Shown: piece after piece, positions 30,001 to 45,000 of the stretch | Numbering within the stretch: position 1 is the stretch's first letter | How the letters are laid out: the number at the start of each line of letters is the position of its first letter | Source: Auanema rhodensis | Lineage: Eukaryota; Animalia; Nematoda | Assembly: GCA_964057225.1 (NCBI GenBank) | Contig: CAXKVF010000086.1 | Location: 1 to 64,000 of the forward strand | Direction: 5' to 3' | DNA: 64,000 nt | Notes under the pieces: model-generated | The model's input: the letters and a program-made list of their open reading frames with translations, nothing else | Database searches by the model: none | What the model was told of the DNA's origin: nothing | Translations under genes and position numbers: made by a program

Positions 30001-33000
30001 CATGGTTACCATGCACCAATATCAATAAAAATTTGTTTTTAGACTAATATGGACATGGGGAATCTAATTTTGAAAACCGCATCTCTTCATCTTTCACGTG
30101 AAGCGAGTTACATACCAAGTGCACATCACGTGTACATTTAATTAGCATAAATTAAAGTTCACGTAAATTTCAAAGTCATGGTTACCATGCACCAATATCA
30201 ATAAAAATTTGTTTTTAGACTAATATGGACATGGGGAATCTAATTTTGAAAACCGCATCTCTTTATCTTTCACGTGAAGCGAGTTACATACCAAGTGCAC
30301 ATCACGTGTACATTTAATTAGCATAAATTAAAGTTCACGTAAATTTCAAAGTCATGGTTACCATGAACCAATATCAATAAAAATTTGTTTTTAGACTAAT
30401 ATGGACATGGGGAATCTAATTTTGAAAACCGCATCTCTTTATCTTTCACGTGAAGCGAGTTACATACCAAGTGCACATCACGTGTACATTTAATTAGCAT
30501 AAATTAAAGTTCACGTAAATTTCAAAGTCATGGTTACCATGCACCAATATCAATAAAAATTTGTTTTTAAACTAATATGGACATGGGGAATCTAATTTTG
30601 AAAACCGCATCTCTTTATCTTTCACGTGAAGCGAGTTACATACCAAGTGCACATCACGTGTACATTTAATTAGCATAAATTAAAGTTCACGTAAATTTCA
30701 AAGTCATGGTTACCATGCACCAATATCAATAAAAATTTGTTTTTAGACTAATATGGACATGGGGAATCTAATTTTGAAAACCGCATCTCTTTATCTTTCA
30801 CGTGAAGCGAGTTACATACCAAGTGCACATCACGTGTACATTTAATTAGCATAAATTAAAGTTCACGTAAATTTCAAAGTCATGGTTACCATGAACCAAT
30901 ATCAATAACAATTTGTTTTTAGACTAATATGGACATGGGGAATCTAATTTTGAAAACCGCATCTCTTTATCTTTCACGTGAAGCGAGTTACATACCAAGT
31001 GCACATCACGTGTACATTTAATTAGCATAAATTAAAGTTCACGTAAATTTCAAAGTCATGGTTACCATGCACCAATATCAATAAAAATTTGTTTTTAGAC
31101 TAATATGGACATGGGGAATCTAATTTTGAAAACCGCATCTTCTTATCTTTCACGTGAAGCGAGTTACATACCAAGTGCACATCAAGTGTACATTTAATTA
31201 GCATAAATTAAAGTTCACGTAAATTTCAAAGTCATGGTTACCATGAACCAATATCAATAAAAATTTGTTTTTAGACTAATATGGACATGGGGAATCTAAT
31301 TTTGAAAACCGCATCTCTTCATTTTTCACGTGAAGCGAGTTACATACCAAGTGCACATCACGTGTACATTTAATTAGCATAAATTAAAGTTCACGTAAAT
31401 TTCAAAGTCATGGTTACCATGCACCAATATCAATAAAAATTTGTTTTTAGACTAATATGGACATGGGGAATCTAATTTTGAAAACCGCATCTCTTTATCT
31501 TTCACGTGAAGCGAGTTACATACCAAGTGCACATCAAGTGTACATTTAATTAGCATAAATTAAAGTTCACGTAAATTTCAAAGTCATGATTACCATGAAC
31601 CAATATCAATAACAATTTGTTTTTAGACTAATATGGACATGGGGAATCTAATTTTGAAAACCGCATCTCTTTATCTTTCACGTGAAGCGAGTTACATACC
31701 AAGTGCACATCACGTGTACATTTAATTAGCATAAATTAAAGTTCACGTAAATTTCAAAGTCATGGTTACCATGAACCAATATCAATAACAATTTGTTTTT
31801 AGACTAATATGGACATGGGGAATCTAATTTTGAAAACCGCATCTCTTTATCTTTCACGTGAAGCGAGTTACATACCAAGTGCACATCACGTGTACATTTA
31901 ATTAGCATAAATTAAAGTTCACGTAAATTTCAAAGTCATGGTTACCATGCACCAATATCAATAAAATTTTGTTTTTAGACTAATATGGACATGGGGAATC
32001 TAATTTTGAAAACAGCATCTCTTCATCTTTCACGTGAAGCGAGTTACATACCAAGTGCACATCACGTGTACATTTAATTAGCATAAATTAAAGTTCACGT
32101 AAATTTCAAAGTCATGGTTACCATGCACCAATATCAATAAAAATTTGTTTTTACACTAATATGGACATGGGGAATCTAATTTTGAAAACCGCATCTCTTT
32201 ATCTTTCACGTGAAGCGAGTTACATACCAAGTGCACATCACGTGTACATTTAATTAGCATAAATTAAAGTTCACGTAAATTTCAAAGTCATGGTTACCAT
32301 GCACCAATATCAATAAAAATTTGTTTTTAGACTAATATGGACATGGGGAATCTAATTTTGAAAACCGCATCTCTTTATCTTTCACGTGAAGCGAGTTACA
32401 TACCAAGTGCACATCACGTGTACATTTAATTAGTATAAATTAAAGTTCACGTAAATTTCAAAGTCATGGTTACCATGCACCAATATCAATAAAATTTTGT
32501 TTTTAGACTAATATGGACATGGGGAATCTAATTTTGAAAACAGCATCTCTTCATCTTTCACGTGAAGCGAGTTACATACCAAGTGCACATCACGTGTACA
32601 TTTAATTAGCATAAATTAAAGTTCACGTAAATTTCAAAGTCATGGTTACCATGCACCAATATCAATAAAAATTTGTTTTTAGACTAATATGGACATGGGG
32701 AATCTAATTTTGAAAACCGCATCTCTTTATCTTTCACGTGAAGCGAGTTACATACCAAGTGCACATCACGTGTACATTTAATTAGCATAAATTAAAGTTC
32801 ACGTAAATTTCAAAGTCATGGTTACCATGCACCAATATCAATAAAAATTTGTTTTTAGACTAATATGGACATGGGGAATCTAATTTTGAAAACCGCATCT
32901 CTTTATCTTTCACGTGAAGCGAGTTACATACCAAGTGCACATCACGTGTACATTTAATTAGCATAAATTAAAGTTCACGTAAATTTCAAAGTCATGGTTA

Positions 33001-36000
33001 CCATGCACCAATATCAATAAAAATTTGTTTTTAGACTAATATGGACATGGGGAATCTAATTTTGAAAACCGCATCTCTTTATCTTTCACGTGAAGCGAGT
33101 TACATACCAAGTGCACATCACGTGTACATTTAATTAGCATAAATTAAAGTTCACGTAAATTTCAAAGTCATGGTAACCATGCACCAATATCAATAAAAAT
33201 TTGTTTTTAGACTAATATGGACATGGGGAATCTAATTTTGAAAACCGCATCTCTTTATCTTTCACGTGAAGCGAGTTACATACCAAGTGCACATCACGTG
33301 TACATTTAATTAGCATAAATTAAAGTTCACGTCAATTTCAAAGTCATGGTTACCATGAACCAATATCAATAAAAATTTGTTTTTAGACTAATATGGACAT
33401 GGGGAATCTAATTTTGAAAACCGCATCTTTTTATCTTTCACGTGAAGCGAGTTACATACCAAGTGCACATCACGTGTACATTTAATTAGCATAAATTAAA
33501 GTTCACGTAAATTTCAAAGTCATGGTTACCATGCACCAATATCAATAAAAATTTGTTTTTAGACTAATATGGACATGGGGAATCTAATTTTGAAAACCGC
33601 ATCTCTTTATCTTTCACGTGAAGCGAGTTACATACCAAGTGCACATCACGTGTACATTTAATTAGCATAAATTAAAGTTCACGTAAATTTCAAAGTCATG
33701 GTTACCATGCACCAATATCAATAAAAATTTGTTTTTAGACTAATATGGACATGGGGAATCTAATTTTGAAAACCGCATCTCTTTATCTTTCACGTGAAGC
33801 GAGTTACATACCAAGTGCACATCACGTGTACATTTAATTAGCATAAATTAAAGTTCACGTAAATTTCAAAGTCATGGTTACCATGCACCAATATCAATAA
33901 AAATTTGTTTTTAGACTAATATGGACATGGGGAATCTAATTTTGAAAACCGCATCTCTTTATCTTTCACGTGAAGCGAGTTACATACCAAGTGCACATCA
34001 CGTGTACATTTAATTAGCATAAATTAAAGTTCACGTAAATTTCAAAGTCATGGTTACCATGCACCAATATCAATAAAAATTTGTTTTTAGACTAATATGG
34101 ACATGGGGAATCTAATTTTGAAAACCGCATCTCTTTATCTTTCACGTGAAGCGAGTTACATACCAAGTGCACATCACGTGTACATTTAATTAGCATAAAT
34201 TAAAGTTCACGTAAATTTCAAAGTCATGGTTACCATGAACCAATATCAATGAAAATTTGTTTTTAGACTAATATGGACATGGGGAATCTAATTTTGAAAA
34301 CCGCATCTCTTTATCTTTCACGTGAAGCGAGTTACATACCAAGTGCACATCACGTGTACATTTAATTAGCATAAATTAAAGTTCACGTAAATTTCAAAGT
34401 CATGGTTACCATGCACCAATATCAATAAAAATTTGTTTTTAGACTAATATGGACATGGGGAATCTAATTTTGAAAACCGCATCTCTTTATCTTTCACGTG
34501 AAGCGAGTTACATACCAAGTGCACATCACGTGTACATTTAATTAGCATAAATTAAAGTTCACGTAAATTTCAAAGTCATGGTTACCATGCACCAATATCA
34601 ATAAAAATTTGTTTTTAGACTAATATGGACATGGGGAATCTAATTTTGAAAACCGCATCTCTTTATCTTTCACGTGAAGCGAGTTACATACCAAGTGCAC
34701 ATCACGTGTACATTTAATTAGCATAAATTAAAGTTCACGTAAATTTCAAAGTCATGGTTACCATGCACCAATATCAATAAAAATTTGTTTTTAGACTAAT
34801 ATGGACATGGGGAATCTAATTTTGAAAACCGCATCTCTTTCATCTTTCACGTGAAGCGAGTTACATACCAAGTGCACATCACGTGTACATTTAATTAGCA
34901 TAAATTAAAGTTCACGTAAATTTCAAAGTCATGGTTACCATGCACCAATATCAATAAAAATTTGTTTTTAGACTAATATGGACATGGGGAATCTAATTTT
35001 GAAAACCGCATCTCTTTATCTTTCACGTGAAGCGAGTTACATACCAAGTGCACATCACGTGTACATTTAATTAGCATAAATTAAAGTTCACGTAAATTTC
35101 AAAGTCATGGTTACCATGCACCAATATCAATAAAAATTTGTTTTTAGACTAATATGGACATGGGGAATCTAATTTTGAAAACCGCATCTCTTTATCTTTC
35201 ACGTGAAGCGAGTTACATACCAAGTGCACATCACGTGTACATTTAATTAGCATAAATTAAAGTTCACGTAAATTTCAAAGTCATGGTTACCATGAACCAA
35301 TATCAATAAAAATTTGTTTTTAGACTAATATGGACATGGGGAATCTAATTTTGAAAACCGCATCTCTTTATCTTTCACGTGAAGCGAGTTACATACCAAG
35401 TGCACATCACGTGTACATTTAATTAGCATAAATTAAAGTTCACGTAAATTTCAAAGTCATGGTTACCATGCACCAATATCAATAAAAATTTGTTTTTAGA
35501 CTAATATGGACATGGGGAATCTAATTTTGAAAACCGCATCTCTTTATCTTTCACGTGAAGCGAGTTACATACCAAGTGCACATCACGTGTACATTTAATT
35601 AGCATAAATTAAAGTTCACGTAAATTTCAAAGTCATGGTTACCATGCACCAATATCAATAAAAATTTGTTTTTAGACTAATATGGACATGGGGAATCTAA
35701 TTTTGAAAACCGCATCTCTTTATCTTTCACGTGAAGCGAGTTACATACCAAGTGCACATCACGTGTACATTTAATTAGCATAAATTAAAGTTCACGTAAA
35801 TTTCAAAGTCATGGTTACCATGAACCAATATCAATAAAAATTTGTTTTTAGACTAATATGGACATGGGGAATCTAATTTTGAAAACCGCATCTCTTTATC
35901 TTTCACGTGAAGCGAGTTACATACCAAGTGCACATCACGTGTACATTTAATTAGCATAAATTAAAGTTCACGTAAATTTCAAAGTCATGGTTACCATGCA

Positions 36001-39000
36001 CCAATATCAATAAAAATTTGTTTTTAGACTAATATGGACATGGGGAATCTAATTTTGAAAACCGCATCTCTTTATCTTTCACGTGAAGCGAGTTACATAC
36101 CAAGTGCACATCACGTGTACATTTAATTAGCATAAATTAAAGTTCACGTAAATTTCAAAGTCATGGTTACCATGCACCAATATCAATAAAAATTTGTTTT
36201 TAGACTAATATGGACATGGGGAATCTAATTTTGAAAACCGCATCTCTTTATCTTTCACGTGAAGCGAGTTACATACCAAGTGCACATCACGTGTACATTT
36301 AATTAGCATAAATTAAAGTTCACGTAAATTTCAAAGTCATGGTTACCATGCACCAATATCAATAAAAATTTGTTTTTAGACTAATATGGACATGGGGAAT
36401 CTAATTTTGAAAACCGCATCTCTTTATCTTTCACGTGAAGCGAGTTACATACCAAGTGCACATCACGTGTACATTTAATTAGCATAAATTAAAGTTCACG
36501 TAAATTTCAAAGTCATGGTTACCATGCACCAATATCAATAAAAATTTGTTTTTAGACTAATATGGACATGGGGAATCTAATTTTGAAAACCGCATCTCTT
36601 TATCTTTCACGTGAAGCGAGTTACATACCAAGTGCACATCACGTGTACATTTAATTAGCATAAATTAAAGTTCACGTAAATTTCAAAGTCATGGTTACCA
36701 TGCACCAATATCAATAAAAATTTGTTTTTAGACTAATATGGACATGGGGAATCTAATTTTGAAAACCGCATCTCTTTATCTTTCACGTGAAGCGAGTTAC
36801 ATACCAAGTGCACATCACGTGTACATTTAATTAGCATAAATTAAAGTTCACGTAAATTTCAAAGTCATGGTTACCATGCACCAATATCAATAAAAATTTG
36901 TTTTTAGACTAATATGGACATGGGGAATCTAATTTTGAAAACCGCATCTCTTTATCTTTCACGTGAAGCGAGTTACATACCAAGTGCACATCACGTGTAC
37001 ATTTAATTAGCATAAATTAAAGTTCACGTAAATTTCAAAGTCATGGTTACCATGCACCAATATCAATAAAAATTTGTTTTTAGACTAATATGGACATGGG
37101 GAATCTAATTTTGAAAACCGCATCTCTTTATCTTTCACGTGAAGCGAGTTACATACCAAGTGCACATCACGTGTACATTTAATTAGCATAAATTAAAGTT
37201 CACGTAAATTTCAAAGTCATGGTTACCATGCACCAATATCAATAAAAATTTGTTTTTAGACTAATATGGACATGGGGAATCTAATTTTGAAAACCGCATC
37301 TCTTTATCTTTCACGTGAAGCGAGTTACATACCAAGTGCACATCACGTGTACATTTAATTAGCATAAATTAAAGTTCACGTAAATTTCAAAGTCATGGTT
37401 ACCATGCACCAATATCAATAAAAATTTGTTTTTAGACTAATATGGACATGGGGAATCTAATTTTGAAAACCGCATCTCTTTATCTTTCACGTGAAGCGAG
37501 TTACATACCAAGTGCACATCACGTGTACATTTAATTAGCATAAATTAAAGTTCACGTAAATTTCAAAGTCATGGTTACCATGCACCAATATCAATAAAAA
37601 TTTGTTTTAGACTAATATGGACATGGGAATCTAATTTTGAAAACCGCATCTCTTTATCTTTCACGTGAAGCGAGTTACATACCAAGTGCACATCACGTGT
37701 ACATTTAATTAGCATAAATTAAAGTTCACGTAAATTTCAAAGTCATGGTTACCATGCACCAATATCAATAAAAATTTGTTTTTAGACTAATATGGACATG
37801 GGGAATCTAATTTTGAAAACCGCATCTCTTTATCTTTCACGTGAAGCGAGTTACATACCAAGTGCACATCACGTGTACATTTAATTAGCATAAATTAAAG
37901 TTCACGTAAATTTCAAAGTCATGGTTACCATGCACCAATATCAATAAAAATTTGTTTTTAGACTAATATGGACATGGGGAATCTAATTTTGAAAACCGCA
38001 TCTCTTTATCTTTCACGTGAAGCGAGTTACATACCAAGTGCACATCACGTGTACATTTAATTAGCATAAATTAAAGTTCACGTAAATTTCAAAGTCATGG
38101 TTACCATGCACCAATATCAATAAAAATTTGTTTTTAGACTAATATGGACATGGGGAATCTAATTTTGAAAACCGCATCTCTTTATCTTTCACGTGAAGCG
38201 AGTTACATACCAAGTGCACATCACGTGTACATTTAATTAGCATAAATTAAAGTTCACGTAAATTTCAAAGTCATGGTTACCATGCACCAATATCAATAAA
38301 AATTTGTTTTTAGACTAATATGGACATGGGGAATCTAATTTTGAAAACCGCATCTCTTTATCTTTCACGTGAAGCGAGTTACATACCAAGTGCACATCAC
38401 GTGTACATTTAATTAGCATAAATTAAAGTTCACGTAAATTTCAAAGTCATGGTTACCATGCACCAATATCAATAAAAATTTGTTTTTAGACTAATATGGA
38501 CATGGGGAATCTAATTTTGAAAACCGCATCTCTTTATCTTTCACGTGAAGCGAGTTACATACCAAGTGCACATCACGTGTACATTTAATTAGCATAAATT
38601 AAAGTTCACGTAAATTTCAAAGTCATGGTTACCATGCACCAATATCAATAAAAATTTGTTTTTAGACTAATATGGACATGGGGAATCTAATTTTGAAAAC
38701 CGCATCTCTTTATCTTTCACGTGAAGCGAGTTACATACCAAGTGCACATCACGTGTACATTTAATTAGCATAAATTAAAGTTCACGTAAATTTCAAAGTC
38801 ATGGTTACCATGCACCAATATCAATAAAAATTTGTTTTTAGACTAATATGGACATGGGGAATCTAATTTTGAAAACCGCATCTCTTTATCTTTCACGTGA
38901 AGCGAGTTACATACCAAGTGCACATCACGTGTACATTTAATTAGCATAAATTAAAGTTCACGTAAATTTCAAAGTCATGGTTACCATGCACCAATATCAA

Positions 39001-42000
39001 TAAAAATTTGTTTTTAGACTAATATGGACATGGGGAATCTAATTTGAAAACCGCATCTCTTTATCTTTCACGTGAAGCGAGTTACATACCAAGTGCACAT
39101 CACGTGTACATTTAATTAGCATAAATTAAAGTTCACGTAAATTTCAAAGTCATGGTTACCATGCACCAATATCAATAAAAATTTGTTTTTAGACTAATAT
39201 GGACATGGGGAATCTAATTTTGAAAACCGCATCTCTTTATCTTTCACGTGAAGCGAGTTACATACCAAGTGCACATCACGTGTACATTTAATTAGCATAA
39301 ATTAAAGTTCACGTAAATTTCAAAGTCATGGTTACCATGCACCAATATCAATAAAAATTTGTTTTTAGACTAATATGGACATGGGGAATCTAATTTTGAA
39401 AACCGCATCTCTTTATCTTTCACGTGAAGCGAGTTACATACCAAGTGCACATCACGTGTACATTTAATTAGCATAAATTAAAGTTCACGTAAATTTCAAA
39501 GTCATGGTTACCATGCACCAATATCAATAAAAATTTGTTTTTAGACTAATATGGACATGGGGAATCTAATTTTGAAAACCGCATCTCTTTATCTTTCACG
39601 TGAAGCGAGTTACATACCAAGTGCACATCACGTGTACATTTAATTAGCATAAATTAAAGTTCACGTAAATTTCAAAGTCATGGTTACCATGCACCAATAT
39701 CAATAAAAATTTGTTTTTAGACTAATATGGACATGGGGAATCTAATTTTGAAAACCGCATCTCTTTATCTTTCACGTGAAGCGAGTTACATACCAAGTGC
39801 ACATCACGTGTACATTTAATTAGCATAAATTAAAGTTCACGTAAATTTCAAAGTCATGGTTACCATGAACCAATATCAATAAAAATTTGTTTTTAGACTA
39901 ATATGGACATGGGGAATCTAATTTTGAAAACCGCATCTCTTTATCTTTCACGTGAAGCGAGTTACATACCAAGTGCACATCACGTGTACATTTAATTAGC
40001 ATAAATTAAAGTTCACGTAAATTTCAAAGTCATGGTTACCATGCACCAATATCAATAAAAATTTGTTTTTAGACTAATATGGACATGGGGAATCTAATTT
40101 TGAAAACCGCATCTCTTTATCTTTCACGTGAAGCGAGTTACATACCAAGTGCACATCACGTGTACATTTAATTAGCATAAATTAAAGTTCACGTAAATTT
40201 CAAAGTCATGGTTACCATGCACCAATATCAATAAAAATTTGTTTTTAGACTAATATGGACATGGGGAATCTAATTTGAAAACCGCATCTCTTTATCTTTC
40301 ACGTGAAGCGAGTTACATACCAAGTGCACATCACGTGTACATTTAATTAGCATAAATTAAAGTTCACGTAAATTTCAAAGTCATGGTTACCATGCACCAA
40401 TATCAATAAAAATTTGTTTTTAGACTAATATGGACATGGGGAATCTAATTTTGAAAACCGCATCTCTTTATCTTTCACGTGAAGCGAGTTACATACCAAG
40501 TGCACATCACGTGTACATTTAATTAGCATAAATTAAAGTTCACGTAAATTTCAAAGTCATGGTTACCATGCACCAATATCAATAAAAATTTGTTTTTAGA
40601 CTAATATGGACATGGGGAATCTAATTTTGAAAACCGCATCTCTTTATCTTTCACGTGAAGCGAGTTACATACCAAGTGCACATCACGTGTACATTTAATT
40701 AGCATAAATTAAAGTTCACGTAAATTTCAAAGTCATGGTTACCATGCACCAATATCAATAAAAATTTGTTTTTAGACTAATATGGACATGGGGAATCTAA
40801 TTTTGAAAACCGCATCTCTTTATCTTTCACGTGAAGCGAGTTACATACCAAGTGCACATCACGTGTACATTTAATTAGCATAAATTAAAGTTCACGTAAA
40901 TTTCAAAGTCATGGTTACCATGCACCAATATCAATAAAAATTTGTTTTTAGACTAATATGGACATGGGGAATCTAATTTTGAAAACCGCATCTCTTTATC
41001 TTTCACGTGAAGCGAGTTACATACCAAGTGCACATCACGTGTACATTTAATTAGCATAAATTAAAGTTCACGTAAATTTCAAAGTCATGGTTACCATGCA
41101 CCAATATCAATAAAAATTTGTTTTTAGACTAATATGGACATGGGGAATCTAATTTTGAAAACCGCATCTCTTTATCTTTCACGTGAAGCGAGTTACATAC
41201 CAAGTGCACATCACGTGTACATTTAATTAGCATAAATTAAAGTTCACGTAAATTTCAAAGTCATGGTTACCATGAACCAATATCAATAAAAATTTGTTTT
41301 TAGACTAATATGGACATGGGGAATCTAATTTTGAAAACCGCATCTCTTTATCTTTCACGTGAAGCGAGTTACATACCAAGTGCACATCACGTGTACATTT
41401 AATTAGCATAAATTAAAGTTCACGTAAATTTCAAAGTCATGGTTACCATGAACCAATATCAATAAAAATTTGTTTTTAGACTAATATGGACATGGGGAAT
41501 CTAATTTTGAAAACCGCATCTCTTTATCTTTCACGTGAAGCGAGTTACATACCAAGTGCACATCACGTGTACATTTAATTAGCATAAATTAAAGTTCACG
41601 TAAATTTCAAAGTCATGGTTACCATGCACCAATATCAATAAAAATTTGTTTTAGACTAATATGGACATGGGAATCTAATTTTGAAAACCGCATCTCTTTA
41701 TCTTTCACGTGAAGCGAGTTACATACCAAGTGCACATCACGTGTACATTTAATTAGCATAAATTAAAGTTCACGTAAATTTCAAAGTCATGGTTACCATG
41801 CACCAATATCAATAAAAATTTGTTTTTAGACTAATATGGACATGGGGAATCTAATTTTGAAAACCGCATCTCTTTATCTTTCACGTGAAGCGAGTTACAT
41901 ACCAAGTGCACATCACGTGTACATTTAATTAGCATAAATTAAAGTTCACGTAAATTTCAAAGTCATGGTTACCATGCACCAATATCAATAAAAATTTGTT

Positions 42001-45000
42001 TTTAGACTAATATGGACATGGGGAATCTAATTTTGAAAACCGCATCTCTTTATCTTTCACGTGAAGCGAGTTACATACCAAGTGCACATCACGTGTACAT
42101 TTAATTAGCATAAATTAAAGTTCACGTAAATTTCAAAGTCATGGTTACCATGCACCAATATCAATAAAAATTTGTTTTTAGACTAATATGGACATGGGGA
42201 ATCTAATTTTGAAAACCGCATCTCTTTATCTTTCACGTGAAGCGAGTTACATACCAAGTGCACATCACGTGTACATTTAATTAGCATAAATTAAAGTTCA
42301 CGTAAATTTCAAAGTCATGGTTACCATGCACCAATATCAATAAAAATTTGTTTTTAGACTAATATGGACATGGGGAATCTAATTTTGAAAACCGCATCTC
42401 TTTATCTTTCACGTGAAGCGAGTTACATACCAAGTGCACATCACGTGTACATTTAATTAGCATAAATTAAAGTTCACGTAAATTTCAAAGTCATGGTTAC
42501 CATGAACCAATATCAATAAAAATTTGTTTTTAGACTAATATGGACATGGGGAATCTAATTTTGAAAACCGCATCTCTTTATCTTTCACGTGAAGCGAGTT
42601 ACATACCAAGTGCACATCACGTGTACATTTAATTAGCATAAATTAAAGTTCACGTAAATTTCAAAGTCATGGTTACCATGCACCAATATCAATAAAAATT
42701 TGTTTTTAGACTAATATGGACATGGGGAATCTAATTTTGAAAACCGCATCTCTTTATCTTTCACGTGAAGCGAGTTACATACCAAGTGCACATCACGTGT
42801 ACATTTAATTAGCATAAATTAAAGTTCACGTAAATTTCAAAGTCATGGTTACCATGAACCAATATCAATAAAAATTTGTTTTTAGACTAATATGGACATG
42901 GGGAATCTAATTTTGAAAACCGCATCTCTTTATCTTTCACGTGAAGCGAGTTACATACCAAGTGCACATCACGTGTACATTTAATTAGCATAAATTAAAG
43001 TTCACGTAAATTTCAAAGTCATGGTTACCATGCACCAATATCAATAAAAATTTGTTTTTAGACTAATATGGACATGGGGAATCTAATTTTGAAAACCGCA
43101 TCTCTTTATCTTTCACGTGAAGCGAGTTACATACCAAGTGCACATCACGTGTACATTTAATTAGCATAAATTAAAGTTCACGTAAATTTCAAAGTCATGG
43201 TTACCATGCACCAATATCAATAAAAATTTGTTTTAGACTAATATGGACATGGGGAATCTAATTTTGAAAACCGCATCTCTTTATCTTTCACGTGAAGCGA
43301 GTTACATACCAAGTGCACATCACGTGTACATTTAATTAGCATAAATTAAAGTTCACGTAAATTTCAAAGTCATGGTTACCATGCACCAATATCAATAAAA
43401 ATTTGTTTTTAGACTAATATGGACATGGGGAATCTAATTTGAAAACCGCATCTCTTTATCTTTCACGTGAAGCGAGTTACATACCAAGTGCACATCACGT
43501 GTACATTTAATTAGCATAAATTAAAGTTCACGTAAATTTCAAAGTCATGGTTACCATGCACCAATATCAATAAAAATTTGTTTTTAGACTAATATGGACA
43601 TGGGGAATCTAATTTTGAAAACCGCATCTCTTTATCTTTCACGTGAAGCGAGTTACATACCAAGTGCACATCACGTGTACATTTAATTAGCATAAATTAA
43701 AGTTCACGTAAATTTCAAAGTCATGGTTACCATGCACCAATATCAATAAAAATTTGTTTTTAGACTAATATGGACATGGGGAATCTAATTTTGAAACCGC
43801 ATCTCTTTATCTTTCACGTGAAGCGAGTTACATACCAAGTGCACATCACGTGTACATTTAATTAGCATAAATTAAAGTTCACGTAAATTTCAAAGTCATG
43901 GTTACCATGAACCAATATCAATAAAAATTTGTTTTTAGACTAATATGGACATGGGGAATCTAATTTTGAAAACCGCATCTCTTTATCTTTCACGTGAAGC
44001 GAGTTACATACCAAGTGCACATCACGTGTACATTTAATTAGCATAAATTAAAGTTCACGTAAATTTCAAAGTCATGGTTACCATGCACCAATATCAATAA
44101 AAATTTGTTTTTAGACTAATATGGACATGGGGAATCTAATTTTGAAAACCGCATCTCTTTATCTTTCACGTGAAGCGAGTTACATACCAAGTGCACATCA
44201 CGTGTACATTTAATTAGCATAAATTAAAGTTCACGTAAATTTCAAAGTCATGGTTACCATGCACCAATATCAATAAAAATTTGTTTTTAGACTAATATGG
44301 ACATGGGGAATCTAATTTTGAAAACCGCATCTCTTTATCTTTCACGTGAAGCGAGTTACATACCAAGTGCACATCACGTGTACATTTAATTAGCATAAAT
44401 TAAAGTTCACGTAAATTTCAAAGTCATGGTTACCATGCACCAATATCAATAAAAATTTGTTTTTAGACTAATATGGACATGGGGAATCTAATTTTGAAAA
44501 CCGCATCTCTTTATCTTTCACGTGAAGCGAGTTACATACCAAGTGCACATCACGTGTACATTTAATTAGCATAAATTAAAGTTCACGTAAATTTCAAAGT
44601 CATGGTTACCATGCACCAATATCAATAAAAATTTGTTTTTAGACTAATATGGACATGGGGAATCTAATTTTGAAAACCGCATCTCTTTATCTTTCACGTG
44701 AAGCGAGTTACATACCAAGTGCACATCACGTGTACATTTAATTAGCATAAATTAAAGTTCACGTAAATTTCAAAGTCATGGTTACCATGAACCAATATCA
44801 ATAAAAATTTGTTTTTAGACTAATATGGACATGGGGAATCTAATTTTGAAAACCGCATCTCTTTATCTTTCACGTGAAGCGAGTTACATACCAAGTGCAC
44901 ATCACGTGTACATTTAATTAGCATAAATTAAAGTTCACGTAAATTTCAAAGTCATGGTTACCATGCACCAATATCAATAAAAATTTGTTTTTAGACTAAT

